Notes: generated from the letters alone by a model not told the origin. A stretch of DNA of 64,000 nucleotides from an uncultured Acidobacteriota bacterium (GCA_963730485.1 CAVSRY010000011.1:47059-111058), one strand, 5' to 3'; shown: positions 51,125-62,727, counted from the first letter of the stretch. Numbers and translations are program-made.

Positions 51125-52084
51125 ATGACGCGCTGTGTCGTGGTTCTGACGCTCGTGTGCGGTGTGTTTTCTCTGCCTGCCTGCAATCGGAGGGATCCGG
51201 CATCTGGGGACGCATCCGGAGTCCCGATCAGGATCCTCACGATCGGAGAACTGACGTGGCAGGATGTCGCTGCGCTCGATCGCAGCAGAACCATGTTTCT
51301 CGTGACAATCGGCATGCTCGAGGAGCACGGCCCGCACCTGCCTATTGCCAGCGACACGTTCGGCGTGGAATACGAAGCGAGAGGGGTCGCGGAGCGTGTG
51401 AGTCAGTCGTTACCAGATTGGAACGTGGTGGTGATGCCAACGCTGCACTACGGGTCGTCGGGAGCCAATCAAATAGGTGGCGTCGCCATCCATCCCGGCA
51501 CGTACGGGATTCGTCAGTCGACGCTTCGCGCGGTCGTCGCGGACATCGGCGGGCAGATTGTCCAGAACGGTTTCAAATGGATTTTCGTCATGAACGGCCA
51601 TGGTGCGCCCACGCACCACATCGCCGTCAACGACGCATGCGATTTCGTCAGCGAGACGTTCAAAGCGACGATGATCAACGTCTCCGGCCTCTTCAACGCT
51701 GACGCGGCCATCCAAGCGAAGGGTGAGGCGATCGCAGCCAGGCACTTCTCGGCGGCCGACCTGTCGTCGTTTGGCCGGGACGTTCACGGCGGCGTCGCAG
51801 AAACGTCCGCCGTGCTGGCCGTTCGTCCCGATCTGGTTCGGACCAGCTACAAGAGCTTGCCCAGCTATTCGGTCGGAAGTCTCAGCGAATCGCGTGAGGT
51901 CGCTCGGAAGCCCGACTGGCCCGGCTACTTCTCAGCGCCCGCGAAAGCCAGCGCCGCCTATGGCCGGGACGTCGAGGCCTGGTGGATCGAGGGCATGTCG
52001 GATCTCATCCTGCAGGGTGTGCGCGGTGACAACTTGTTCGGCCGGCCACGGTGGCCTTGGCCCGTCATCAACGATCCCGCGTAG
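51125..52084 (+). CDS. creatininase-family amidohydrolase with lipoprotein-type signal
   Basis: VVVLTLVCGVFSLPAC. TIGMLEEHGPHLPIASD and FVMNGHGAP. Confidence 0.75.
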   Translation: MTRCVVVLTLVCGVFSLPACNRRDPASGDASGVPIRILTIGELTWQDVAALDRSRTMFLVTIGMLEEHGPHLPIASDTFGVEYEARGVAERVSQSLPDWNVVVMPTLHYGSSGANQIGGVAIHPGTYGIRQSTLRAVVADIGGQIVQNGFKWIFVMNGHGAPTHHIAVNDACDFVSETFKATMINVSGLFNADAAIQAKGEAIAARHFSAADLSSFGRDVHGGVAETSAVLAVRPDLVRTSYKSLPSYSVGSLSESREVARKPDWPGYFSAPAKASAAYGRDVEAWWIEGMSDLILQGVRGDNLFGRPRWPWPVINDPA

Positions 52085-52189
52085 GCGCCGATCGCCGCCG
52101 GCAATTCTCGGGCCGGAACGAGAGTTCGAGGCGAAGCTGGAGGCGTGGCTTCGTCAGCGGGAAGACAAAGGTGCGAACCGTCCGGCGCG

Positions 52190-52420
52190 CTAGGCCGTCT
52201 TCCGGCCGCGGAAGAACCACCAGACGATGAACCCGAGCAGTGCCATCGCGCCGATGTCCCACGAACACAGCCGGCCGACACGGTAATACGGCATGTACTC
52301 CCAGAGGCCGTACCGATCGACGACGGTCTCCTCGAACAGGACCCACGTGTTGAAGAAGGTGAGCCAGATGGCGAACTTGACGATGCGCGGCGTCCCGGGA
52401 ACTGCGGTCGGTGTGGCCAT
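52190..52420 (-). CDS. small two-TM membrane protein
   Basis: MATPTAVPG..FAIWLTFFNTWVLF..AMALLGFIVWWFF. Confidence 0.4.
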   Translation of the reverse strand: MATPTAVPGTPRIVKFAIWLTFFNTWVLFEETVVDRYGLWEYMPYYRVGRLCSWDIGAMALLGFIVWWFFRGRKTA

Positions 52421-52483
52421 GACGGACCACCGTACTGGTTCAAGTGGACTTGAGGTCAAGACCTTGAAGGACCGGAGGTCGCT

Positions 52484-52886
52484 GTGCTTACCATCGGACA
52501 AGTCGCTCTGAAAGCCGGCCTGCGGGCCTCAGCCATTCGCTACTACGAGGCGCAGGGGTTGCTGCCGCCGGCACCGCGTCACGGTGGCAAGCGTGTGTAC
52601 GACGCGTCGATTCTGGTCAGGCTCAGCGCAATCGACCTGGCAAAGACCGCGGGGTTTACGCTGTGGTGAAATTCGCACACTGGTCGCGGCTGGTGGCGAA
52701 CCGGCCGGTCGCGTGTGGAAAAGACTGACCGGGGCGAAGCGTGCGGAGCTCGACCGCGAGATGGCGCGCCTTGCTCTCATGAGGACTGTGCTTGAAAAGC
52801 TCGACGGCTGCCGGTGTTCGACGCTCGAAGACTGCGGCCGAATCTTTGAGAACGCTCTGGCGAACTATCGAGCCGCACATGGGTGA
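52484..52886 (+). pseudogene. MerR-family transcriptional regulator, one frame break
   Basis: LTIGQVALKAGLRASAIRYYEAQGLL. Join near 52665 to ...EIRTLV..C-terminal CRCSTLEDC. Confidence 0.7.
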
Positions 52887-53736
52887 CCGACCGGCCGAAT
52901 CGGAGCGCGCCATGCTGGCGGCCGCCTACGCGGCCTTCAACGCCCGCGACATCGACCGCGTGCTGGCGTTGATGCACGCGGACGTCGAGTGGCCGAACGG
53001 CATGGAGGGCGGGTACGTCCACGGCCGTGAAGGCGTCCGCGCGTATTGGACGCGTCAGTGGGCTCTCGTTGACCCGCACGTCGATCCCATTCTTCTCGAA
53101 TTGGACGACCGCGGGTGGATCGTGCTCGACGTCCATCAGGTCGTTCGCGACCTGTCAGGAGCCGTACTGATCGATCAGATGGTTCAACACGCCTACAAGG
53201 TCGAGGCTGGCCTCATCCGCCGAATGGAGATTCGGCTCGCTCGTCAGCACCCGGCGGTCGTGATTCAGCGCGAGACCCTCACCGACCAGGCAGCCGCCCT
53301 GCTGATCCCGAAGCTGAATGCTGAACTGAGCGGCATCTATCCCGAGCCCGGCGCCAACCACTTTGGCCTGGCGCCGGCGGATGTCGCCGACGGGAACGGC
53401 GCGTTTCTGGTGGCATACAGAGATGACCGGCCCGTCGGTTGCGGGGCCGTTCGTCTCATCGGTCCGGCGACTGCCGAGATCAAGCGGATGTACGTCGAGC
53501 CTGAGCTTCGCGGGGCAGGAATCGGCCGCACGCTCGTCGACGCGCTCGAAGCCGAGGCCCGCCGGCTTGGCGCCCAACAGGTCGTCCTCGAAACCGGAAC
53601 ACGGCAGACCGCGGCACTGGCACTCTACGCGCGGTGCGGGTTCACGCCGATTCCGCTCTATGGCGAGTACTGCCTCTCTCCCGAGACGAGCGTCTGTCTC
53701 GGAAAGTCACTGGATTCGACGCCGACGCCTCGATGA
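52879..53736 (+). CDS. NTF2/SnoaL-like domain fused to GNAT N-acetyltransferase
   Basis: AAYAAFNARDIDRVLALMHADVEW, then RMYVEPELRGAGIGRTLVDALEAEARRLG. One continuous frame. Confidence 0.6.
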   Translation: MGDRPAESERAMLAAAYAAFNARDIDRVLALMHADVEWPNGMEGGYVHGREGVRAYWTRQWALVDPHVDPILLELDDRGWIVLDVHQVVRDLSGAVLIDQMVQHAYKVEAGLIRRMEIRLARQHPAVVIQRETLTDQAAALLIPKLNAELSGIYPEPGANHFGLAPADVADGNGAFLVAYRDDRPVGCGAVRLIGPATAEIKRMYVEPELRGAGIGRTLVDALEAEARRLGAQQVVLETGTRQTAALALYARCGFTPIPLYGEYCLSPETSVCLGKSLDSTPTPR

Positions 53737-53892
53737 AGCTTCTGGTGTTGGGCGCGTCCGGAGGCTGCGGCCGCTGGGTGACTCGACTGGCCTCGGCCGA
53801 CGCGCACACCCATGATCGGCTGGTCGTAGAAAGTTGGAGCACCTCGCATATGCTGACATCCTCGAGCGAACCGGGTGAAACGAGGACACCAT

Positions 53893-55401
53893 ATGAGCGA
53901 CGTCAGCCGGCGCACGTTCGGCCAGGCGATCGGGGCGGCGGCGCTCGCAGGTGCGTGGCCCGTGGCCGGCGCTGAACAGGCTGGTGGCAGCGTGGACCTT
54001 CACTACTCTGAGCGCCACCGAGCTCGCCGCCCGGATTCGCCGTAAGCAGGTCTCCGCGCGCGAGGTCCTGAGCGCACACCTGGCGCAGATCGAGCGCGTC
54101 AATCCCAAAGTCAACGCCATCGTCACGCTCGTGGCCGAGCGCGCGATGGCTGACGCCACGCGAGCCGATGACCTTCAGGCGCGCGGGCAGCCTCTTGGCG
54201 TGCTCCATGGGCTTCCGGTCGCGCACAAGGATCTCGTCGACACCGCCGGGATTCGCACGACCCGCGGGTCTCCGTTCTATCGAGACCACGTGCCGACGCG
54301 GGACGCGCTGATCGTCTCGCGCCTTCGCGCCGCCGGCGCCATTACCTGCGGCAAGACCAACACGCCGGAACTCGGCGCGGGCTCGCAGACGTTCAATGCC
54401 ATCTTTGGTGCGACGCGCAATCCCTACGACCTCGAGAAGACCTGCGGCGGAAGCAGCGGGGGAGCTGCCGTCGCCCTCGCGTGCGGGATGGTGCCGATCG
54501 CCGACGGCAGTGACACGGGCGGATCGCTGCGAAATCCTGCCGCGTTCTGCAACATCGTCGGGTTCCGGCCCTCGCCGGGCCGCGTGCCGAGGGGCGTCGG
54601 CTCCTGGTCGCCGCTCTCCGTGTCGGGTCCGATGGCCCGCTCGGTGGCCGATCTGGCGTTGTTTCTGAGTGCGATGGCCGGACCGGATGCCGGCCAGTTC
54701 GCTGTCCATCGCCGAGGACGGCGCGCGGTTCCGTTCCCCGCTCGACCGGAGTTTCAAGGGCGTACGCGTCGCGTGGTGGCGGGATCTCGGTGGCGTTCCA
54801 TTCGAACCAGAGATTCGCCGTGTCGTCGACGCGAATCGCAAGGCATTCGAAGATCTCGGATGCGTGGTCGAACAGGCTGAGCCGAATTTTGCGGGCGTCG
54901 ACGAGGCGTTTTCGACGTTGCGTTACGCATTCAGCTACGCGCAGTACGCGCCGCTGGTGCGTGAGAGGCCCGAGTGGGTGAAAGACACCATCAGGTTCGA
55001 GGTCGCCCAGGCCGAGCGGCTGACTGGCGCCGACATCGGGAAGGCCCTGGCCAGGCAGGCTCAGATGTACGAGCAGAGCCACGACTTCTTCAGTCGATAT
55101 GACTACTTCGTCCTGCCGGTCACGCAAGTGGCGCCGTTCGACGTGTCAACGCCGTATCCGACGGCGATTGCCGGAACGCCGATGGCGACCTACATCGACT
55201 GGATGCGGTCATGCTGGTACATCACGCTCATGTCCAATCCGGCGATCTCGGTGCCGGGTGGATTCACCGCGGGCGGCTTGCCCGTTGGTGTCCAGATCGT
55301 TGGCCGTCATCGAGACGATCTGGAGCGTGCTCCAGCTCGCCCATGCGTTCGAGCAGGCGACACGGCACGGGCAGCGTCGACCGCCGGTTGCGCTACCGTG
55401 A
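53893..55401 (+). pseudogene. amidase (amidase signature family) with Tat-like signal, frame-disrupted
   Basis: SRRTFGQAIGAAALAG. HGLPVAHKDL and GGSSGGAAVALACGMVPIADGSDTGGSLR. Shifts near 53950, 54690 and 55320. Confidence 0.8.
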
Positions 55402-55793
55402 TGGCTCGAATCATGATTTCGATCGCTCCATTTCTCTCCGTCCGTCGCGGCGCCCAGGCCGTCGAGTTCTACAAGCAGGCCTTTGGAGCCACCGAACTTC
55501 ATCGGATCGAGTCTCCGGATGGCGACGTCGTGTGTCAGCTATCGGTTGACGGTGCGACGTTCTGGGTGAGCGACGAATCGCCCGCGCACGCCAACTTCAG
55601 CCCGGAGTCGCTCGGCGGTGGCACCGTGCGTATGATCCTGACCGTGCCCGATCCGGACGCCGCGTTTGCCCGAGCCGTCGCAGCCGGCGCGAAGGAAATC
55701 ACGGCCATGGAGAACGCGTACGGATGGCGCGTCGGCCGCGTGGTCGACCCGTTCGGCCATCATTGGGAGATCGGCCGGCCGCTGGCGGCGTAG
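55401..55793 (+). CDS. VOC/glyoxalase-fold protein (PhnB-like)
   Basis: ISIAPFLSVRRGAQAVEFYKQAFGA..DPFGHHWEI. ATG overlaps the amidase stop (GTGATG). Confidence 0.65.
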   Translation: MARIMISIAPFLSVRRGAQAVEFYKQAFGATELHRIESPDGDVVCQLSVDGATFWVSDESPAHANFSPESLGGGTVRMILTVPDPDAAFARAVAAGAKEITAMENAYGWRVGRVVDPFGHHWEIGRPLAA

Positions 55794-55804
55794 ACGGCAT
55801 CGTC

Positions 55805-56235
55805 ATGACCATCGCGACGATCCTCGAGACCGCGCTGTACGTCGAGAACCTCAACCGTTCCATCGAGTTCTACGATCGTGTCCTGGACCTCAAGCCGGCG
55901 TCCGATCACTCGGCGCGGCTGTGCGCGCTGGACGTCGCGCCCGACCAAGTGCTGCTGCTCTTCACGAAGGGCGGATCGGTGCGACCGACGATCACGCCCG
56001 GCGGGTTGATTCCAGCGACGGACGGTGAAGGCTCGCTGCACGTCGCCTTCGGCATTCGCGCCGTCGGCGTTCGACGAATGGCGTGACCGCATCAAGAGCG
56101 CCGGTGTCCCGATCGAGAGCGAGGTGAGCTGGCCGGAAGGTGGCCGCAGCCTGTACTTTCGAGATCCCGATCGCCACGTCATCGAGCTCAAGACGTCGAA
56201 CTGGCAAGGGCGGCCGGTGCGCGAGCGACCGATGA
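55805..56235 (+). pseudogene. VOC/glyoxalase-fold protein, frame-disrupted
   Basis: ILETALYVENLNRSIEFYDRVLDL..SLHVAFGI, then (other frame) FDEWRDRIKSAGVPIE..SLYFRDPDRHVIEL. Confidence 0.6.
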
Positions 56236-56910
56236 GCCAGGACCGATGGACCGCCGTCGAACGCTACTTTGGCGATTTGCTCTTCCCGCCCGATCCGGCG
56301 CTCGACGCCGCGCTTGCCGATAGTGTGGCGGCGGGTCTGCCGCCCATCAACGTGTCGGCCGCGCAAGGACGTCTGCTCGCTCTCATGGCGCAGATGATCC
56401 AGGCACGGCGAATTCTGGAGATCGGCACGCTCGGCGGCTACAGCACCATCTGGCTCGCCCGCGCCCTCGCTGCCGGAGGGCGGATTGTCACGCTCGAGAT
56501 CGACCCCGGCACGCCGACGTTGCCCGTCGGAACTTCGAGCGTGCGGCCGTCGAACGACCGGATCGATCTCCGCGTCGGGCCTGCACAGGAAACGCTGCCC
56601 GCGATCGACGCTGAAGGTCTTGGCCCATTCGATCTGATTTTCGTGGACGCCGACAAGCCAAGCTACGCCGAGTATCTCGAGTGGTCCATTCGACTCGTCT
56701 CGTCCCGGCGGCGTCATCGTCGTCGACAACATCGTGCGGGACGGCGCCGTGGTGGACGAACACACGGCTGACGCCAGGGTGCAGGGCGTCCGGCGATTCA
56801 ACGCGGCCCTCGCCGTCGAGCGGCGCGTCACGGCGACCGCGATCCAGCTCGTCGGTGCGAAGGGCTACGACGGGTTCGCCGTGATGATCGTCAAGGGCAC
56901 CGATGCCTGA
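56232..56910 (+). pseudogene. class I SAM-dependent O-methyltransferase (caffeoyl-CoA OMT-like), one frame break
   Basis: RILEIGTLGGYSTIWLA, FDLIFVDADK, then (other frame) PGGVIVVDNIV. Shift near 56700. Confidence 0.7.
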
Positions 56911-56916
56911 CCTTCT

Positions 56917-57967
56917 ATGGGCTCCGGGCGTCCGCTAGCGGGCGAGTTCGCGCCCGTCCTGGCCTCGCCGGATCGCGTGATCCGCGAGGTCGTCGGCCTG
57001 CGGCCGTTCCGCCGTTCGGGTTTCAACGTCAGCGTGGATCGCGTCGGTGACGTCGTCGTGATTCACAACTACGGTCATGGCGGCGGCGGGATCTCGCTCT
57101 CGTGGGGCACGGCGATGATGGCGGTCGAGCACGCCCTGGCGACGCCCCATCGCGTCGCGGCGGTGATTGGCGCCGGCGTGGTCGGTCTCTCGACGGCCCG
57201 CTGCCTCCAGCAGCACGGTTTCCGCGTCGCGATCTACGCGGCCGATGTGTCACCGAACACCACATCGAACGTGGCCGGCGCGTCGTGGGGGCCATTTTCG
57301 GTCTTCGACAAGGACCGAATGCCGCCAGGTTTCGACACCGAGTTCACGCGCGCGTCGCGTCTGGCGTACGCCTACTTCGAGGGCCTCGCCGGCCCGCGCT
57401 ACGGCGTGTCGTGGCGGCAGAACTACTGCCTGTCGGATGGAGAGGCGGAAGGATTCGCGGTGCCGTCCGAAGAGGACCGGTTGATCGAGGGCATCAGGCC
57501 AGACGCTGAGCCGGTGCCGCCGGCCGAGCATCCCTTCGGCCGGTTCACGGTGTCGCGGCGTCTCACGATGCTCATCGAGCCGCCGATCTACCTGTCCGCG
57601 TTGATGACCGATTACCGGGCCGGCGGCGGCTCATTCGCCATTCGACGGTTCACCGAGCCTGGAGAGTTCGCGTCGCTTGGCGTTCCGCTGGTCGTGAACT
57701 GCACGGGCCTGGGCGCGGGCAGCGCTCTTTGGCGACGCGGACGTGCTGCCGATCAAGGGCCAGCTCGTCGTGCTGAAGGCGCAGCCGGAGGTCGACTACC
57801 TGACGATCGGTCCCGGCGACCTTTACATGATGCCCCGCGCCGACGGCGTCATGCTCGGTGGGACGCACGAGCGCAATGTGTGGTCGCTCGATCCAAGCCC
57901 GGCCGAGACCGAGCGAATCCTGACCGGGCATCGCAAGTTCTTCAGCCAACTGCCGTCGGGCCGGTAG
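56917..57967 (+). pseudogene. D-amino-acid-oxidase-family FAD oxidoreductase with apparently permuted segment order, one frame break
   Basis: VVGLRPFR..VIHNYGHGGGGISLSWG precedes VAAVIGAGVVGLSTA (GxGxxG). It ends with LPIKGQLVVLKA..MLGGTHE. Shift near 57722. Confidence 0.65.
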
Positions 57968-57977
57968 AATATTTGCG

Positions 57978-58241
57978 ATGGCAAACGCGGAACGATGCGT
58001 GTTCACCGCCAGCGGCCAGACCGAGGCGGAGCAGGTGCGCGGCTTTCTCGAGGCGTCGGGGATTCCCAGCGCGCTTCGCGGCGAATCGCTGACCAAGACC
58101 CACGGCGTCACCGTCAGTGAGTTGGGACGGGTCGATGTGTTCGTCTCCGAAGCCGACGCCGATCGCGCGAACGATCTTCTGGCGTCGGTCGAGCGCGGCG
58201 AATTCCGGCTCGACGATGAAGACGACCCCGGCGAGTCGTGA
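57978..58241 (+). CDS. small DUF2007-like protein
   Basis: 87-aa ORF (AEQVRGFLEASGIPSAL...EADADRANDLL). Confidence 0.4.
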   Translation: MANAERCVFTASGQTEAEQVRGFLEASGIPSALRGESLTKTHGVTVSELGRVDVFVSEADADRANDLLASVERGEFRLDDEDDPGES

Positions 58242-58912
58242 GCGTCACCGCCGTCATCTTCGACATGGACGGGTTGATGCTGGACACCGAGCGGATCGCG
58301 CTCGCTGTCTGGCGTCAGGCTGCGGCCGATCTTGGCTTCACGCTGGACGACGAGGTGGCCGAGCGGATGGTCGGCCGTACCTCGGCGACCAATCGCCTGA
58401 TGCTCCAGATGGAGTTCGGCGAAACATTCTCCTATGACGAGCTGTCGGTGCTCGCCGATACGCGCTATCGCGAGACGCTCGATCGTGACGGCGTGCCTCG
58501 GAAGGACGGCCTGATCGAGTTGCTGGATTTCCTCCAGTCGCGGGACATTCCGCGTGCCGTGGCGACGTCAACGGCCCGCGATCTGGCCCGCCACAAGCTG
58601 GAGCAGGCTGGCGTCGGGGGCTACTTTGACGTCGTGGTGGGCGGCAATGAGGTGACGCACGGCAAGCCGGCGCCTGACATCTTCCTGCGAGCCGCCGAAC
58701 GACTCGGCAAGCTGCCGGCCGAATGCGTCGTCCTCGAGGACTCCGGCCCTGGCATCCACGCCGCGTCCGCGGCGGGAATGGTGACGATCCTCATTCCGGA
58801 CGGCGGGAGAGTGCCGCTGCCGGAGACGCGGGCGCGCGCGACGTTCGTCGTGGACTCGTTGTCCGCCGCTCAGCCGATCATCGAGCGGCTGACTTCACGT
58901 ACGTCCTGCTGA
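58238..58912 (+). CDS. HAD-superfamily hydrolase (beta-phosphoglucomutase-like subfamily)
   Basis: AVIFDMDGLMLDTE, ATST, GKPAPDIF, EDSGPGIHAA. Confidence 0.8.
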   Translation: MSVTAVIFDMDGLMLDTERIALAVWRQAAADLGFTLDDEVAERMVGRTSATNRLMLQMEFGETFSYDELSVLADTRYRETLDRDGVPRKDGLIELLDFLQSRDIPRAVATSTARDLARHKLEQAGVGGYFDVVVGGNEVTHGKPAPDIFLRAAERLGKLPAECVVLEDSGPGIHAASAAGMVTILIPDGGRVPLPETRARATFVVDSLSAAQPIIERLTSRTSC

Positions 58913-60003
58913 AGTTGTTGCGCGAGTTCGTGACCGTGAACGTTCCGTTGGTCTCCGCGGAAATCTTGATCCAGTACGCCGGGGAGTGAGCGTTCGCCGC
59001 CGAGCCGCGACCCTGTCCGCCCGCCGGAGGCGCCGGCGCCGCCGCCGGTGGCACGAGCACGCCCGCGATCGCCGGCAGGTCGTCCACGCCGTTGGCGATG
59101 AACACGCCCGGCGGGTTGTGCTCGATCATCGCCGTTGTAGGACCAATGCAGCTGCCAGACGTCCTCGAAGCCAGGTGATGAGCGAAGGGTCTGGAGAGTG
59201 TTCGGTGTTCCGCCCTTGCGGGTCCCGTTCTGCATGACCGCCACGCGCGGCCGCACGCCGCGGACGAGCGCCGGAGATCCGGACGCGTCGAGCCCGTGGT
59301 GCGTGACCATGTAGAGATCGACGTTGCCCACCATGTTCCGCGGGCACACGAGATCGAATTCGTTGTTCCACATCAGGTCGCCGAGGTCGATGAGCCTGAA
59401 CTGACCGAAGGTGACGACACTGCCGACTGACTGGTTGTTCTCGTCAACTGGCGCGTCCTTTTTCACGAACGTCGCGCACTCGGCGTTGGCCTGTCCGCCG
59501 CCGGGCAGCGCCGTCTTCAGCGCGGTGGCGCCGGCTGTGACGATCCGCCAGTCGAGCCCCGCGACCGGCACGCGGTCGCCCGGCTTCACGACAGTGTGCT
59601 TCGCCGCTTTGTAGATCGCCGCGTAGGCCTCCTGGAAGCCGGCGACCTGCTCCTTCGCCTCGACCGTCGGGCCATGGTCGATGAAGTGACGCATCGGGAT
59701 CCGCTTGGCGAGCTCCGGCAGACCGCCCACGTGGTCGACGTGATAGTGGGTCAGGATCACGTGGTCGATCGCCTTCACGCCGGCGTGCTCGATCATCGCG
59801 ACGATGCGGTCGTGATCGCGGGGGCCGGGATTGCCGGCGTCGATCAGCACGGTTTCGCCGGAGGGCGTCACATAGAGGGCGGCCTTGCCGCCTTCCGTAT
59901 CGGCGACGTAGATGTCGAGCGTCTTTCGCGACGGCGACGTCTGCGCCCACAACCCCGTAGCCATCGCGGCGCCGAGCGCCAGTGCGAACATCGCGTGTCT
60001 CAT
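58878..60003 (-). pseudogene. secreted MBL-fold metallohydrolase, one frame break
   Basis: Signal MFALALGAAMATGLWA. ILTHYHVDHVGG and MVTHHG. Join near 59130. Confidence 0.75.
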
Positions 60004-60024
60004 GTCAACCTCACGTCCTCAGGC

Positions 60025-61156
60025 TCAGCAGTGCGCACTCGTCCACTTCAAGCTGGCCTCGACGTCATCGAGGTTGCGTTTCTGTGCTTCGAGATTGGGT
60101 CCGGCGCCTCGGCCGCCCGCGGCTCCTCCGCCTCCGCGACCTTGACCGGGCGGTGGCAGCGGCCGCGGCGTGCCCTTGTCGCACAGGGCCAGGAATCGCG
60201 CGAACTCCCACGCCGGCGTGGTGCTGAAAATCTCCCAGGCTTGCGGGTCGCGATAGTTGAACATGCGGGGCGTGCCACTGACGATGACTTCGAGCGATAC
60301 AGCCTTGCCGGGACAGAGCGTGACGTATTTGCGGATGTAGTCGTCGATGCCGACGTTGCCCTCGCCCATTCGCGACCATTGCACGGCGGTGCCCTGCGGC
60401 GAGTTGAACACGTAGCTGTCGCGGACGTGACTCGTCTCGACGTAGGGCGCCAGTGTCTCGAGGGTCAGATGTGGATCTTCAATCGTCCAGACCGCATTGC
60501 CCGAGTCGATGCAGACGCCGACGTAGTCGCGGCCCGCCGTCGTCGATGAGGCCCTTCAGCTCGCGCGCCTGCATGTCGCCGGCGTGGTTCTCGATCGCCA
60601 CCTTGAGTCCGGCGTCCATGACCTTCGATCGGACGTTCTTGAGCACGCGCACCGTCGCGTCGATGTGCTTGTCAATCCCGCCGCGGCGATCTGTCTGGCT
60701 GCCGAGGACGCAGCGGACGAGTGGCGATCGCATGATCCTGGCGGCGTCCACCATGCGGGAGAGTTGTTCCTCCGCCGTACCAACGGCCGGATCGAACAGG
60801 GTCGAGGTCGGGCAGATCGATCGCATGCCGATCTCGACGTCGAGATTCAGTTCGTCGGCCCGGCCGCGGATGCGCTTGAGATTCGCCGGATCGAGCGCGA
60901 CTTTCCAGTCCGCATTTCCCAGGAACCGGATCTCGCTGAAGTGGACCATCTTCACGTTCCACTTCGCCGCGAAGTCCATCTGCTCGAAAGGCGTCCAGTT
61001 CTGGATGGCCACGCTGAACATGTCGAGGCCCAGACGCGGCCGCGGAGCAGGCGTTTGTGCCTCCGCTCCTGCGCCGAGCGCAACGGTTGCGGCCCCCATA
61101 GTCTTCAGAAACGTCCGACGGTCCGGTGCAAGGGCAGCAGTGTCCAGATGAGCCAC
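60025..61156 (-). pseudogene. sugar phosphate isomerase/epimerase (xylose-isomerase-like TIM barrel) with Tat signal, one frame break
   Basis: DRRTFLKTMGAATVALGAG and KVAIENHAGD. Join near 60540. Confidence 0.7.
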
Positions 61157-61212
61157 GAAGTGACCCCTTTCGGTGACTGAAACGCCATCAAGATACCCCC
61201 AGAGAACGGGTC

Positions 61213-61246
61213 GGGACGCTTTTACAATCAACGTGAAAAGCGTCCC
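61213..61246. promoter_or_regulatory. 11-bp perfect inverted repeat GGGACGCTTTT..AAAAGCGTCCC in a divergent promoter region
   Basis: gggacgcttttac aatcaac gtgaaaagcgtccc, between the TIM-barrel and Gfo/Idh/MocA genes. Confidence 0.4.
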
Positions 61247-61359
61247 GTCCTGCTGTTTCGATCGGGTGTAGACTCCCACAAATTCAGGCCCGGCGTGGCC
61301 GATCACACGGTCGATGTGCGCACGTTGCGCGGACGACGCCGATACCAAGGAGAGAGGCA

Positions 61360-62727
61360 ATGCACCGACGGGAATTCTTGAGGAACGGCGCGGTTGCGCT
61401 GACGGCGGTCGCGACCAAGCCCCTGTTCGCCTTTCAGGGGGCGAACAACCGCGTCCGGATGGCCGTCATCGGCATGGGCGGCCGCGCCGGCCGCGTGTTC
61501 GACTCCTTCACGCGCTACGACGACGTGCAGTTCACGATGGGGTGTGAGGTCTCGCGAGTCCAAGCAGCAGGGCTTCCAGGGTAATCGTCCGCTCGCCCAG
61601 ACGCTCAACGTCGTCGGCGACTATCGCCGTGTGCTCGACCGGAACGACATCGACGCGGTGCTCGTTGGCACGCCCGACTTCTCGCATGCCAGGATCACGG
61701 CCGACGCACTCGCCGCGGGCAAGCACGTGTTCGTCGAGAAGCCGATTTCGAACAACATCGCGCGCATCAACATGATGCTCGACGCCTATAACAAGTATCC
61801 GAATCTCGTCGTGCAGGTCGGCACGCAGCAGCGGAGCTGGGATCACTTCATCGAAGCGAAGAAGCAGATGGAGCTGCTCGGCAACGTCACGCAGGTGCTC
61901 ATCCAGCAGCCCGGCGGCTATTCGCAGAATCGGCAGGAGGTCGCCGAGGTGCCGCCCGGACTCGACTGGGACGCGCTGGCAGGTGGACGCGCCGAAGAAG
62001 CCGTTCAAGCCCGGGTACACGTCGTTCCGTGCGTGGTGGGAGTACGGCAGCGGCCTCGTCGGCGACTGGGGCGCCCACCACATCGACGTCGCGAACTGGT
62101 TCATGAACGCCGACAACAAGCAGCCGCTCAAGACGACGGCGGTCGGCTTCTACGCGAACGCGAACACCGATCCGGAGTGCGTCTACAGCCAGTTCTCGAT
62201 CGCCTGGCAGTACGACAACTTCATCATGACGTTCGCCAACAGCGTCTATCCGCGGCCGAACTTTGCCGATCCGAAAGCGCCGGACATCGAGGGCTGGGGC
62301 GTCTACTTCTACGGGAACAATGGGACTCTGCAGGTCAACCGCATGGGTTGGGCGCTCCGGCCGCCGGTCAGCACGACGCGCAATCGCGTCCCGGCTGAGC
62401 CGCCGCCGGGCGCGCCTGCGGCGGCCGCGGGTGCGGCCGGCGCCGGCGGCGGTCGAGGCGGCGGTCGCGCGGGTGGAGCCCCCGGCGGCGCCAGGCGTCG
62501 CGCTAAACGTGTACATCAATCCGCGAGGAGGCGTGGAGGAGGACTATCCGCTTCACGCCCACACGCGCGACTTCCTCGACAAGCTGAAGGTCAGGAACCG
62601 TAAGACCAACGCGTCGATGGAGGTCGGCTACAACTCGGCGCTGCCCGCCCTCCTCGCGCTCGAAGCGATGAAGGACAACAAGGTGCTGGGCTGGGATCCG
62701 GTGGCGAGGAAGTCGAAAGTCATCTGA
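61360..62727 (+). pseudogene. Gfo/Idh/MocA-family oxidoreductase with Tat signal, frame-disrupted
   Basis: MHRREFLRNGAVALTAVA, RMAVIGMGGRAG, HVFVEKP, GDWGAHHIDV. Shifts near 61555, 61980 and 62440. Confidence 0.75.

Noticed and set aside
53903-54841. 312-aa minus-strand ORF
   Set aside because: It is antisense to the amidase-signature gene (GGSSGGAAVALA on the plus strand).
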